Shown here: positions 32,371-48,100 of the stretch, one piece after another | Layout: every line of letters starts with the position of its first letter | Position numbering within the stretch: the stretch's first letter is position 1 | DNA from: Trichoplax sp. H2 | Taxonomy: Eukaryota | DNA: 64,000 nucleotides | Direction of reading: 5' to 3' | Assembly: GCA_003344405.1 (NCBI GenBank) | Contig: NOWV01000019.1 | Location: 682,001-746,000 of the forward strand | Notes under the pieces: model-generated | What the model saw: only the letters and a program-made list of their open reading frames with translations | What the model was told of the DNA's origin: nothing | Database searches by the model: none | Translations under genes and position numbers: made by a program

Positions 32371-35300
32371 GTCATCACATTAGTCATCCTATAGAATCCT
32401 ATATTAGAATATTAAGTAGAGTTCTGTCAAGTGCATCATGCCATCCAACGTTAATAATATCTCAACAATTATCATCAGTAATTCCGATTCTATAGCATAA
32501 AATAGTATTGATCAACGTCATAAATCAATCCGATTTAGCACGCTGTCATAGCTAGTTAAAATGTTGCGTATACTGACATAATCCAATTGTAAATAATAAT
32601 GCTACAGCAAAGAAGGCGAGGTAACGGATAGGCAAAGACCATGCTTTGCTCCATTGATTTCGATATCCGACCGGCGTTTGCATACATTACTCCTTCTACT
32701 TGGTCTGCTTCATCGTTGCTTATACACTCACTGTTCATGAATGATTGATTCTATCCTTCAATGGTTATGAGTAATATTTCTAGGTCAATGTAGTTATCTA
32801 TAAGAAATAATAATGCGCAGATCTGATTTATATTATATTCAGATAGATTTAGAAAGGATTATTCATCAATAGAAAGTAGCTGAGTGATCCACTAGACGAG
32901 AGATAATAAATTGAGCTAAATAGCTAATAGAATAGTAAGCTATACGGCTTGATCAAAAAGTCATCTGTAGGATAAAGGTGGACAAGTACTCATTATATCA
33001 ATACAGCAACAATTATTAAAAGAATAGTTCTACTTACTATCAAGTTGCGAGCTAGCATTGCTGAATCAGTGACACTAATTAATAATTAATCACTTGTTTT
33101 ATATTATCTTCTTGTGCCACAACAACCTTTGGCTGTGATAGTCATATACGTCAATTTTATTGCGGAGTAGATCAGTATCCATGCTCATTTCATCTGTGTA
33201 AATTGCTGAATCCATTGTAGGAAGATGAAATTTAAATTTCATATTAAATAGATGAACTTATTTGTTTTTAAACTCGAAGCAAAATTTTAAAGTCTCATCC
33301 AATTATGTAGCTTAAAATATCAATCATCAATTAATCATTAAATTACATTAATGCGATTGTACATGTGTCACTCTGTTGGTACATTACTATCGTAATTAGC
33401 TGAAACCATTGTAATGCATGACTGCTATCTAATTCAAATAATGTGAACTAGAATTTAAATTGCCCTTGCTGCTAGTTTCCTACAATAGCAATTTATACCA
33501 AATATGCTCCAGTCTAATACAATAACACTCGTGTTTGGTATTACTTGTCTTGTCTAGCACTTAAATTATGGATTTGTATCATATTAGCTACTATTATTTT
33601 ATACACCTTAGCTATTCCACGGCAAGGTAACATTATAACAATATCTGACTTCTTTAATAGCTTTCGATAATATAATATTTGTAATTACTATTGCTATTAT
33701 ATTAATAAGTAAGTAATATATGTCAATGTTGTATCTATGCAGATATTGCCTTGGATGCATCACTTGATTGATTGAATTAATTTCTTCTTTTCCGCTTGAC
33801 TAATTATATCTAATACCAGTATCAAATGATTGAACAGCAAAAGGATTTGTTTATAAATATAGTTACAGACATATTATACCCATACCTTACAAGCTAATGT
33901 AGACACTTGCACTTTCATCCATTAATTAGAATATTTTAACTGAATAAAAAAGAAAACATAAGATTCCAGAAGAATTAAGTTCCAATAATAATTAATTTTT
34001 TTTATTATTTAATCATCGTCGCGAATTTTATTCTAATCGTAATCCATACATCCAATACTTTCTGTTTAGTAAATAAACTCTGCAATATTAAAGAACCCGT
34101 TAATATACACTAGATAACAAGCTCGTCAAAAGGCCTCAGTAGATGATATGTGTGTCATCTCAAGCGAATAATTCATTCATTTACAGTCAATTATCTCTCA
34201 GTTAGTAATTACATTCCTTCTATAAATAAACATATTTCATAATCATAACAATATTTATTCTTATGGTCTCTTAAATAATTCACTAATGTACTGTATCTGA
34301 CGCACTGAATTTTTTATCGAGTAAACCCATATTTGTTACATCTGCTATTCGTCCTGGACATCGCATGCTTGGTAACTATGACAATAGTAACTATTAGTAG
34401 GTCGATACTATTTAAATGTGGAGCATTTATAAATTTTTACGGATATTAAGATATGATTATAAATGAAATTGTAGCTCTAATATATAAATAGCACTTATAA
34501 CAATACGGTAAAAAATTGTAAACCTGCATGTAAAGGTTCTTGACAAAAGCTATTCACATAGATTCACATCCAAGCAGAGTTTATGAAGGGATTTCGTTAA
34601 CATATATTCTACGACTGAAGATTGTAATTTCGAGAATGAGAATAATTATTATAATTATTGATTAATGCAGCTTCTAAGAAACTAAAATTGGTGTTTTCTT
34701 ATCTGCCACTATAGTATGATTATCCTTGTTTTAGCAGACTACTTTTAAAGTAGGAGAAAGTAGCGAGTAGTTCCAGGTCATAGCTACGTTAAATAATTCG
34801 ATACTTATACTATTATTAACAGTCTGTGCAATTACGCCGACAAAAGATTGCCAGTCTGTAAACGTATATAAATGTCACAATCCAGCTTCGTGACAAGGAT
34901 AACGTAAAACAAATCTCTAAATTACTATAGTCTTCCGGAATTCAGTATCCCTTAACTACCTCACAAGAATTTAGACGCCTTTGATTCTACGTTAAAACAA
35001 CTATACAATTGAGAACTACTTTATTCAACTATCTGACGGGCTTATATACCCTTCTACAGTAGCTAACATTCACAATTCATCTTATAAAAATACTTAGGTG
35101 AGATAACTAGTTTTTCACAGTCGGACTACAATATGTCCATTCACAGAATCATTTCAGTGCACATTACAGTACAGCATTAAATTTACTATAACACATTTAT
35201 AATTAGAGTAATTCCTATAGTAAGTAACTAGTTGTAATATAATATCACTATATTATATTAACCAAATTTAGATAGATATTTCTTCACGGTAGTTCGTACC

Positions 35301-36117
35301 GTGACAATAAAACATAGTTGGTTTATAAAATTCACACGTCAAATTGTAAACTCCCTAACTTTTGCAAAATTACGAGTCCGCTAATAAAGTATCTAGATAG
35401 TTTAACACATAAGGAGTCTAATGATTACAGATACCGGTATTTTACTGTAGCCTAGATAACTAGAAATTACGGTAAAATATCTGATATTTTTATAGCTTAG
35501 AGGAAGGAATTTAATGGTTAAACTATTTTTGATTTTAAATGATATCCAAAAATTAACAATTTATTTCAATCTTCAAAATATTATTATTACCAACGCCGGT
35601 TTAAAATTTTATTGAAATGCAACAATTGAAAGCTACTCAAAATAATTGACATATTTACATCTCTAATAATATTCATTACCTAAATTATAAGAGAAAGAAA
35701 TAATTTGAATCTATCACTATGGAATATTCTACTTTAAACTCATTGTTCGATAATTTTTACCAGTATTCAAAATTCTAAAACATCACGCAAGAATAGCATT
35801 GTCAATAATTTAAATTTTATAAAATAAAATTAATAAATTACGTAACTGATTAAAAAACTATTGTAATCTAAAAGTGGTAATCTAATTATTTCGGTTTAAG
35901 TATATGTATATAAACTATTGCAGAACGATAATTATACTCATAAACGGCCTATTCTTCATCCTGGTTATATCTAAAAGAATCAATCCTAGAACATGACTCT
36001 TTCATAAAGACGCAATACGTGTAGGACGCTCCCTGTATCAATAAAATTGAAGCAATTGGAAAAATAAACCCTTAATAAAGTCTTCCTAATCTAAACCAAA
36101 ATACCATTATCACAAGA

Positions 36118-39100
36118 ATGGGAGAGCAAAATTTAAAAGAAGTTTCATTTTTTATCAGGATTGGATTACTTACTTTTGCTATAGGTCAGGTTGAAATATA
36201 AAATATTTTAATATATTGCAAATGAATTAAGCGATTTATTATTGAACCTATTTCAATATTGGTGTTGATTCAAAAGCTGCGCATCCTACTATCAGTAGCA
36301 CCAACTATCGATAAAATATGGAAGACTAATTCTGAAATGTCGTATATGCCTCGTGTTTTTATTCAGAACTAATTTTTCTAGCCATGGTATGTCATTCATG
36401 GCAGCTTAAAACAATTCACGAAATTTGTGATTGCAAATTAGATTCCATGAATATTGACGACGAATTAGGTTGTGGTAAGTAGAAGATGAATACTTACGTT
36501 TTATGCAAGTACATAGTGATTGGTAACAATTAATTATTCGATGCCGCTAGTATTTATCTAAGTAAATGTGAAATATTTAGAAGTGAAGCATAGGAATTCT
36601 AATGATTAGACCTTTTTACTTTCATCGCAACTAGTCGAAAATATTATGCGTAAAAATTTGGCGGATAAATTAAAGTATGCTGGATAACTATATACAAGTA
36701 TAAAGTTAATGTATAATCCAGAATTAGTTTATTTTAAGCGGTACGATATTTCAATTACTAACAGTTAAGCTGACTAGAGCAGTTTCTAACCTCTTTGACA
36801 CAGCTTTGGGGTGTATGATAATCACTAATGAGTGCGACAGCGTCTATGTTTTGAGTGAGCTTCAATCATATCACAATCTCACTATCACATATTTGTCAAT
36901 CTAAACTTATTTACGACCACAACACAACTACGCTTACTCTCAATTTCTAGATAAGTAATTATCAGAAGCTGACAGCATTTATTCTTTAAAAAGTAGTAAC
37001 AAATTTAAGTAGCTTTTAGCACAAAGCAGTGTATAGCATAAATTTTTCATCTATATATACTATTTCCATGTATATAAGCTATAAAATAAGAAAGGCTAAA
37101 TGCTGTAGCATACATGTATGATTAGGCAATGTTTCGATTCAGTACAGTCCAGCTCAAAATTAAGGCTATATGATTGTGCAAGAATGGTTTAATTGCAAAA
37201 TTGAGCAACTATATGTTTTAGGGTACCATTCACAGCAAATATTTTGGCCAAATACAGATTTAGCAAGTCAGATCGAATTAGACCGAAAGTAAATGGCCCT
37301 TTTAGGATACAAAAGATATGCCAATCTATCTGCTTAAATACAGTTTTATAAAACAATCGTTACTGTAAATTTTATACACTTTATCATACCTGTAAGAAAT
37401 AGCTTAAATCATCTCAAAATGCCCATGATAGCTTTCACTCTACATTCTAAACAAATATTCTATTTTCATTAAAGTGTTAGATATTCAAATTGTTGTTAGA
37501 TTGAATGATTGCCATAGTATCCTTAGATGTAGAAGCTAGACAAAGAATATTTTCTGAAATTATCCGTGCTTTCCGCTAAAGATTAGCAATATCTTGATTA
37601 TATAATATAATTATTAATTAAAGAAGAAAAATTAAATTGCAGAATAATTTCTTCATATTGTATAGTTGAAGATTTCTGACTATAACAGGCAATCGTTAAT
37701 GATTAAGTTAAGCGTAGCAGCAGTAACATAGTCTTCATAAGATTACTTATCTAGGGGCGTATTGATAATAATTTATCAATGATGCATTACGCATACATGT
37801 TTTGAATAGATAGGTGCATAGTTTTATAATATCATATTAATACTGTAGCGATAACTGATATTATTGCTATTGTACTATCAATTGGCGGACTTTTTAATAA
37901 TATTTGGGTTCATTGTTAGCTAAGAAAGATATGTCTTGTTAATGTTCCTCCTGACAAAATGTAATCGTTAGTATTTAAAACCGTACCATAGGTAGATGTT
38001 GGGAGAACAAGCCTGACAGTACACTCGTAGGGTTTAATCTTTCTGATTTAGCTTACATCTCTTGCATAACAAATTTGGATTTGTAACTGCAATCTTAATA
38101 TTCTTTTTAGTGCCTTTCAAGTTATCCAATTTAACACGGTACAAAAACGTTCATCTTTGCCATGATTATGAAACTTGTCTTTCTTGGGCAGAAAAACCTG
38201 TGAGATGTACGTACTCTAGGATTTAAAATTTTATTTACTAATAATAAAGCGCTTTTTCATTTCTATAATGTGTAATAACTTACGGTATTAAAGATATATT
38301 AAGTTTATATTTATCAAATTTAGTATGCAAATTCCAGTCTTGTCATTTATGGAAAGATCAAGGCTTTGCTGAACTGGTTAATGGAAGCAAATTAATTTGC
38401 TGTGAGTTCTAATCCATTTTATCGCCATAATTTTGTTTAATTTTTATGGTTTACACTACGCTTACATACATGCCTTTTCTTTCAATAAATTAAATATAAT
38501 ATAAAAATTTAATTAGCTACAATAAAACTTATTGCGATAAAGGGATGATGATAAATGATACCCTGTAACAGATACCAGACTATATTCATATATTGATTGA
38601 AATTGTATTGAATTTCCATAGTATCAGTATTAAAATTTACATTTATAATCTTTAGAATTTGTTTACTTAGCCAACTACCCTAAATGCCCTGGCAGTGGTA
38701 AATGATTTATTATATCATAGTAAATTAATCCATTAATGAGATACAATATTAAAGCGGTACCTACGATCATAACTAATAATTCAATACTATCTTTCGTAGT
38801 AAACCAACTATCGTATCAGTATACCCTATCTTTATTACTACAATGAGTTATTTCCTTATATTCGCATCTAAATGTTCATGAGACTGATAAAGTTGTAGCA
38901 TTCATGGCTTTATCAAGTAAAAATAAGATAGAATAAATAATAAGACGGGAGGATGATTTGCATTAGCAATAGGTAAATTGTTATATATTGATGTACCAGA
39001 TTATGACTACTGTAACTTATCAAAATTAAGTTAATAAACAAGTTTAATATTAGATAGCTTACTTTATTGTCTAGATTCAATTCTGACTTTAAATATGTTT

Positions 39101-42100
39101 TTGGGTAATATATTTGTACTAAATCAGTTACCGTTGAGCCCTTAACTGGATGTAAATATTCCAATACAAGCATGATATGTACGAATAACCGGATGAATCA
39201 GTTACTAAGAAGATTACTATTGCCATTCTCAATCATGTGAGTAAAAAAGAATTGAATATGCGATTAACTTGGATATAATATGCTGCGTTTTTTATGTTTT
39301 ATTATTTTAATAGTAAACTGCAAATACTCGTATGCTCTAACTGGTTTATATTCTACCAATATGTTTGCCAAAAAATTAGAATAAATAGCATATCAATCTT
39401 TCCATATGTTTGATTTAACGGTTACAATTATTGCCTTCTTGTAATAGATTTCATAGATATCGTAATGATGATGAATACAGTTATTTCTAAGAATGCTATC
39501 AGCTGACTTTAGAACTAGTTACAGCTATCAGATTATTTTAGAGTCTGTAGTAGTGCATTTTTGCTGCCTTTTTAAAAACAAAGTAATTATTTAGGACTTT
39601 GCAATACTGTAGTACCCAAATTTTGAAATCTCTATATTTTATGTCCTTAGCAACTTGGAAGGGAACGATTTTACAGATTTCCCAATTGACCCCACTACCT
39701 TTCAGCCATGGATTTATAATCTGTAAGTTAAAGTGAAATATTTCTCAAAGTTGAAAGTTTTCGTATGTTGAAATAAATTGAAACTTTTAAATTTACTCAT
39801 TTATTCAAATCTATCTTTACTTTCTAAGTAATCTTGCAAGAAACAAAATGAAAATAATTTCTGCAGCTGATCTCCAAAATTTGCCTAATTTACGTTCTTT
39901 GTAAGTAAATGAATAGTGTAATAGAGCGAATGATTATTTTGATCTATAAATATACTATTTCTAGTACTCTAATCATTAAAATTATTGTTTTCTTTCTAGA
40001 AATCTAAGCGATAATTATATAATGCAGCTTAAGTCTGAAACGTTCCAATACAATGAACTCTTGCAAGCCTTGTAAGTATGCTTCTATAAATTAGCTTTAA
40101 AATAATGCAGCGAATGCTTAATAGTGCAATTCATAACTAGCTACAATTAATGTGAGAGTAGTTTGAAAAATAACTTAATGTATGTATGAAAGATGCTTGC
40201 GCGAATAAATTCTTTCTTTTCATACACAAACAGAATGGTATAGTTTATTATCCAATTCATTAAGAGATATGTAAATTTAACTGTAATATAATAAATTAGA
40301 GAAAATTCATTTACTTGTTCAATGGTGCCACGTTGATAAAGGTTTATGTCGAGAAACAAATTATTGGGCGTGGAAAAAGATGGTTTTAAAGGACTTTCTC
40401 GCTTAAAAACTCTGTTTGTAAAAGAAGTGTATTTAATAGATTATATAAGTGTCATCATTTGTTATTGTTTGTAAAGAATATGAAAGTAAATATCATTTTT
40501 TTATATAGGCATCTAAATGGCAACCCAATGTATGAAATTCAGAATGGAACATTCACCTCATTGCAGAATTTACGTGTTTTGTTAGTTTCATTACCAATAG
40601 TACAGTTTTTATTTACGATGTTCATGAGTTTCTGAAGTTTAAGTAAAGTATGGTAAAATATTTATCAGAATCCATCTTCCTTATTAGACTTTTGTTTTTA
40701 AGACAAAAATGTGATAAATTAATTTACCATTTGCGGTATTTACTTAATGCAGTCAACCTTAAATATCCTTGAGTTGAAAACCGAGCCTTCATTAAGTAGC
40801 GAATGCAAATGACGTATGAATAAGTAAACTTATGATTATACAGCATATTAGTTTATTTAAATTGTTGACTTGTTTATTAGAAATGAAAATAATTGCAATA
40901 TATAAAGTAGTATCATCAAATTTTAGGAAGATTTAACAAACTAAAATAGGAACATAATTTGCTCTATGGTCTATGATACAAGAAACAGTCTTGCAATAAA
41001 ATTATCCATCTGAATCCTATTTCTCTTTAATATCACGGTTATGTTATGTATGCTAATTTCACTCTTAGACATTATATGCAATTTTAATAGGTTATTACAG
41101 AAGTCGTTGATTCGAGCTATTACTAAGGAGCACTTTCATCAGTTGATCAACTTGAGGACTCTGTATGTATCTAAATATAAATCCACTTTTTTTGTAATCT
41201 TAGTAAATCAGGCTTTATTTAGGATTATGCTAATATAAGTAGTGAGCAATAAATTAATGCTATTTTGACTTCCCTACATTTATTTAATCAAAGTTGTGTA
41301 AGCATTATCGATGCTTATAAACATTATTAAAAACTTTTGTAACATATGAGTACTATTTATACTGGAAAATTGGACAGTTTACTGTAATGTAACTCTATTT
41401 ATTTTTCCTAACTTAAATCTAATAATGCAATTAAATTCTTTATGACCTATTTTTTAACGAGCTAGAGATCTTTCTCTGTCAAACATTATGAGCATTGAAC
41501 ATGGTTCCTTCCAGTCACTAAAAAAATTGAATTATTTGTATGTTATTGATATCATAAGATCTCGAAAATTACTGTATGAAAACGTATTATTAATATACAA
41601 ACAAAGTTTTGACTAAACGAAAAATATTTATTAGCCTGAAGTGTTATTAATTCTTAATTGCAGGTATTTACAAACTAATAACATTCGCCAAATTTCTAAT
41701 GGAACATTTAACGGACTAGAGAATCTTTTTTTCCTGTAAGTTAATACACAATAGAATTAATCCTCAGACAGTAAATATGCAAATGTGGCAAGAATAAGCT
41801 CCATCTTAAAGCCGTTTTAATAAGTGGTATCGGATTTAACATAGTCTGCAATTGCTTTAATAAAAAAAATATATGATTCAAATGGGAGGAAAATCTTCAT
41901 CATTTCATATCTAAATTTTATCTAGGAGTTCCCACAGTAGCTGTAAGCACGAATTAGATGATCCCTTTTTGTTATAGAACATGAATTTTGTCTAGTTTAT
42001 GAAAATATATACCTGTAGCCTAAGTAATAACGGTTGGCCCTTCTAGATTAGTTGATTTTTGAATGCAATTTGGGCTTCATGGATTACCGTACTATAAATG

Positions 42101-45100
42101 AGACATATAATTACGATAGCCTCATAGCAGTAGGAAATCATGACCGTTCCAGTCTTACTTCAGCTAAATGTTGAGGAAGATGCATCCAGCAGTAGAATCA
42201 TAGTTTTTTTATTTTCGACGTACATATCTAAGCTTTTAATAGCTACTGAAGTTGCCTTGATGTAAATTTTATTCATCTTTTTTATTTTCGATTTAGTGAT
42301 CTTACAAATAATCCAATTTTTATCTTGCCATCGGGATTGCTTTCATCCAAACCCAAACTTAGCAATGTGTAAGTAGCATATCTTCGTATAGAATAATCAA
42401 TGTTTCTTTATGTGCGCGTGATAAAGTGATCTTCAAATAATAAATCAAGAACCAAAGTTTCTTATAAACTTCACTTTACTACATAAGTTAGGTTCATCAA
42501 CCTTCTACAATATACTGCAGTAATACTAAGTTGAAATTGTAAATTATAATTTTAGCCGGTTTTCTACATTGGGTCATGGAGGAGCTAAAATTGGGGCTTT
42601 CCGAAATTTAACAAGCCTGAAAACAATGTATGACATACGTGCATATGTTTTATATGATATTTAAAATAATCAAGATTCTTTACTTTAAATATAGTAATCA
42701 ATAACTTCAATTAATGCTATGACAACATAACTACTTCAATACTTCTGCATATCGCAAAGTAAAATATGGGGAAAATGTTTCAGCCACTAAAATCATTAAG
42801 TACGACACATTAATTTTTTACTTAGATTTATCTTTGGTGGCTTCATTAACCGCATCAAATATGGAATCTTTGCTAATTTACCTTCAATCACACATTTGTA
42901 ATGACTCCAGCGTTAAATTATTGCTCATACTTGAGTATAATATTTACTAAATCAAAATAATAATAAATATCGTCTCTTTAATTCCTAAAGTTTTATGATA
43001 AACACCTGGACATCGGAAATTGAAGATGGAGCTTTTCGAAATTTGTCAACCCTTTCATATCTGTATGAACTCTAAATCTGGTTTTACTAAACTAGCCTCT
43101 ATAATTATGTATACGCTTGTGATTTTTGTATCAGAAGTCGATTTTTAGCCAGCTTTTTATAGCATTGTAACATTAAAAACGTCGTACGCCCATAGTCCTG
43201 TCTTAAATATTAGTGCAAAAGCAATGAACCTACTTATAACTTTAGTTCAAGTTTTGAAATAACTTAAATCTTGATTGTGCATCGAATATGCAATTATACA
43301 CGTATTGTAACTCAACGGCAGATTTTATGATACAATATGCGGTACACAAATTTAGGATTATATAAAATTAGGTGAAAATGCCTTTTCTTATTTAATTATT
43401 CCGATTTTATACCGCTAGAGACTTATCTGTGAACGAAATCTCCGTCCTAACCAACAAATCCTTTCTGGGTTTACCGTCTTTGCGATTTTTGTACGTTGCT
43501 ATATCGCTTATTTGATGACGGATTTTAGTAATTTTCGATTTATAACATTTTTTTACGTGTACCAATATCTTTTTATAGCTAGCTTAGAGACTTTTTCGAT
43601 AATAATTATTATAGAAAATGAAAGTATCCCCAAGCTGGTTCACGACTAGAAATGATCATCATGATCTTATTTTAATATTCTTTAGTATAATCTAATAAAT
43701 ATTATTCAATGAACTATGTTAATGAAAATGAGCATATTTAGCATATAATTTAATGAATTCAGAAATGTAAGAATATGTTCATAATCATGAAGGCGAGTCC
43801 ATGCAAAGAAGCAAGCATTGCTCTCTATAGATGCACGAATCTTATAGTTGCAGTCCTAGTCCAAATTATTCAAATATCAAGTAGCAACAGATTAAATGTA
43901 TTCAAAAGTATAAAATGATCAGCTTATAATATTCTACAGGTTTAATTATAGCCTAATACAAATCAGAAATTGATAAATCATAATTCACTACAAAAGTAAT
44001 AATTAGGCCAATACTGTGCTGTGAGAATGTAACTATAGCATTCTTAATACATGCAAATGCTTATGATTAACTAACATGTTCATACTATGTATAATGTAGG
44101 ATTCAGATATTGTGCATCTGGTATATATATATCATGAAATTACCATCGCACGACATCACTGCCATATAATTTTTTATATTTTAGGGGACTAACGCTAAAT
44201 AGAATAAACCATATTTCTAGCGGAACTTTTCGTCATAATCCATACCTTCGATACATGTATGAATAGTGCATTTACTAGAATAGTAACATTAAAGTAAATT
44301 TCCTATCATTTTATGCCTTTGTATACCTTTAATACGCTAATTTATTATCACTACTATCTTAGTAAATGATAAAGTTGAATTTAATGATATTATTGTCTTG
44401 TTGTTGTGGACTAGACGATTGAACTTCAATCGACTGACCTTTATAAGTTCAGCGTTATGCGATGGACCGTATAATATGTACCACTTGTAAGTTTACAAAT
44501 TTTTGTAATGATTTAGTTGAAAAGAAGTAAAGCTAGCTCTCAGTACTGCAAGTAACACAAGATTGCAATAAATAGTGTAGCAATTCGTGACTTATTTCAG
44601 TAAGGTAAATAGAATTCACTGAACATCTGCTGTATGTTAAAATTTCAAATAGAGATTTATCAAATAACAACTTGGAGGAGTTTGGTATTGAAGCACTACT
44701 AAACTGCGCTCATAGCTTGGAAATTCTGTAAGTTCAATAGATTTTATTCTAATGCTTATGAAAACAATTAAAAATAATCCATAGTTTTGAATTATAAATC
44801 AACATAATGTCTGAGATATTATAGTGACTTTTAAAATCTAGAAGTAAAAAGAACAAATAAGTATGTAATAAAGCCGACTTCATAAGCCTTTACATTTATG
44901 TTTACTATGTATAAATTAATAATCAAATAAATTGATACGTATAGTATAAGTAATTTAAGTGAGTTAAACACCAGAGTCAAGATCTTGTCATTTGAAATTA
45001 ATTCAAACGGAAACGCTTAATAACGAGGCCAATACTAGCTGGCAAACTCTTAGATGGTGATTTACTACTTAATCAACATCAAATAGAATGTTACTTCTTA

Positions 45101-48100
45101 ATGCAAACTGAATTTCCTATAAATCATTATGGTAACTGTCCAAAATTACTATCGATTGCAGATACTAATCAAGTTTATGTCATTTTAAAAATAACTGGTG
45201 CAAATGGGAATTATAGAGCATTGTCGCGTAATAAAATCAGTGTCTTCAATCAAACCTATCTGCCCAAATTCAGGAAATTAAAGATTCTGTTAGTATAATT
45301 ATTAATTCTCAGAACGTGATTCTGCACAACTTAATATAGTAAGAAATGTAATTCGGTTTAAAGTCGGTATTATTGTATTCTTATGTAGAAATATGCGAAG
45401 AACTCATATCGCAAGAATATTGCCAGCAAATAAGCCCATGATGGCAATACAACAAGTGTACGTATTTATTTGAATTGTAATGTATAATATGATAAGAACA
45501 GGCTTCTAAACTAATTTACAATCGATTACGGCAATTAATTACTTTTTTCCCCTCAAAAAGCAGAAATTAGTATCAGTTACAAACCAGCTTTGTGACAAGA
45601 TTTACATAAAGAGAATTTTCGAAATTTCTAAAATTTACGGGACTCAGTCTTCCTTAAATAATTACAAGAACTTAGACCCCTTCCTTCTATGTTGCAATAC
45701 CAAAGAATTGACTCAATTCAATAATCTGCTGACCTTATATGCCTTTCAGCAGAAGCTAACATTAATGCATCATCTTACAATAATAATTATCAATATGGGT
45801 ACCAACTGAGTGATTTTACACAGTCGGATTACAGTACAGTATATCCATTCATAGTCATTTCAGCACTCCTACAATCTACTATTAGTAAAAATTTCATTAG
45901 TAAGAGCTCGTATTGTATTCTATTCCTATATAAGACTTTTATTACAATAAAACATATAATTTAGTGTTACATATTTTAACTTCAGTGGTTCATACTGTGA
46001 GTAACTTATTGTAATCACCATATGCAAATGTTAAATTCGCTAAATTTAGCCATTTAACTCTTCATGGTACGAACGTGTAAGAATCCCTTTTTAGCTTGAG
46101 ATTCATATTCCGACGTAATTTATAATACTGGAGTTATATTCCTGCATGATTATACCTGATTTAGCGTGTTTATTCGCTGATTAATAAGTGAATAAACCAA
46201 AGCTGCTCAATAGTAGTATTAGAACATACAGTATATGATAGCGTTTTAGTTTAAAGTCAGCGAATAATTTGCTATGATTAACCAAAGCAGTTCCGAACAC
46301 TTACAGATCTTTAAATAAGATATTTTATCGAATTATTGTTTTCAAATATAGATTTTACTCACTAGATTATTTGCTATCTTACTAAAGTTGTCCCAGTGTC
46401 TAACTGTAAACAATTTCGAAGTTAATCGAAAATACAATTTCAGATACCTTGGTGTCAACTATTTGGTCAATCTTACAATTAACTCACTTTCAGTATTCGC
46501 AAACGCAAGTCGCATGTAAGCATAGTCTTTAAAGCAGTAGAATTATCTCCCCATTGTATAAGGCAATAAATAATCTCAACAATTTCACGACGTTTATATG
46601 CACTTACTAAAGCTATTACACCATTTGATTCAATTGTTACTGGTTTCTAAGTACTCCTAAAGCATGTCTTTATTCTCTTAATTTAAATGGCTCACTTTCC
46701 AATAGCTCATTATATATGGCCAATATTAATGATAACAGTGCAGCAGCTTTAACAAAACTAAAGAAAATCCAGGATCTGTAAGAATTAAAGAATTAAATTA
46801 ATAATCAATATATTTAATGAAGAATTGTTGTTCCTAAATCTTAACCACCAGATCCCACAGCTACAGCAATAAATAAATAGCATTCCTTCTTAGTTAGAAT
46901 ATTGATCACAAATAATTTATAGACGATTGGATTTTAATCACATATCTAAGGACTTCAACTTTAGCGCTAATCAAAATTTATTAAAGCTGTAAGCATATAT
47001 TTATCTAGTATGATTCAAAATTAAATTGAAATATTTGTACCAAGTATATCTATCGATATTTTAATATCGAAATGATCTGTTTATATTTTTAGCAATCTAA
47101 GTCATCAAAATTTAGAGAGCTTAAGTGATGAAAAATTTAAGGGTCTCGTTAAATTAAGAACACTGTAAGTGCAGCAATTGAACCAAATCTCATTATTTGT
47201 ATAACTATTTACAAGATCTGCGAAAAATTTTCTTATATAATTTGATTATTATTCTGGCTTTACGACGTATTATTCATCCAACTCTAGAGATGTTACATCA
47301 AACTATGTCAGCTTTATCAGTAAATCTATTTTTACAAACTTTCCTTCCTTAGTCGAAGTGTAAGCAATTTTGAATTTTAAGTAATCGTTTATAATTCGTT
47401 GTTGCTATAATTAGTCAATAAATTAAAAGTATTTCTTCCATTTTCCTATAAATTAAGGATATTTGACTACAACATTATATCAAAGATTGAGTCCGGAAGC
47501 TTCAGTAATCTGACCAGACTCTACAAAATGTGAGCTTATTCTGCATTTATAATATTTTAGTAATGTGGAAAAGATGAAAACGAATAATAAAACCATATCG
47601 GGAAGTTAGAATTTCTTCATTTAATGCACTAATACATCTTCTAAGATAAAATATTCTTACTACAGATCATTAGTTGCAAATAGATTGAGAGCTATTTATC
47701 GAGATACCTTCCAAGGCAACAATTCCTGCAGAATTTTGTAAGTATTCTCAAAATACGCGATAATTAAAGATGATGCCACCTTCTACTATTCTCACAAATA
47801 TAGTTTAATAATACTGTGTTCTAATAAAATACATATATAAACTTTTGATAGTAATTATCCTATTTGCAGATGTTATATTAGAAGAATTTTACTGTCAAGT
47901 GCAATAAATATATTAATGCCGGCACTTTTAGCAAACATATTATATTTACGATGAACGTATATATAAATCATCTATGAAACAGGCATTTGGCTAGTAACAC
48001 CATCGCAGAAATTCACGAAGATTCCTTTAGTGAAATGAGTTATTTGGAAGAATTGTAAACTTACTAAAATTTAGCAGTTTTCAGAAGACTAAGTTGCAAT

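Noticed and set aside
32556-32738. 60-aa minus-strand ORF in the intergenic region
   Set aside because: No recognisable similarity and no splice partners.
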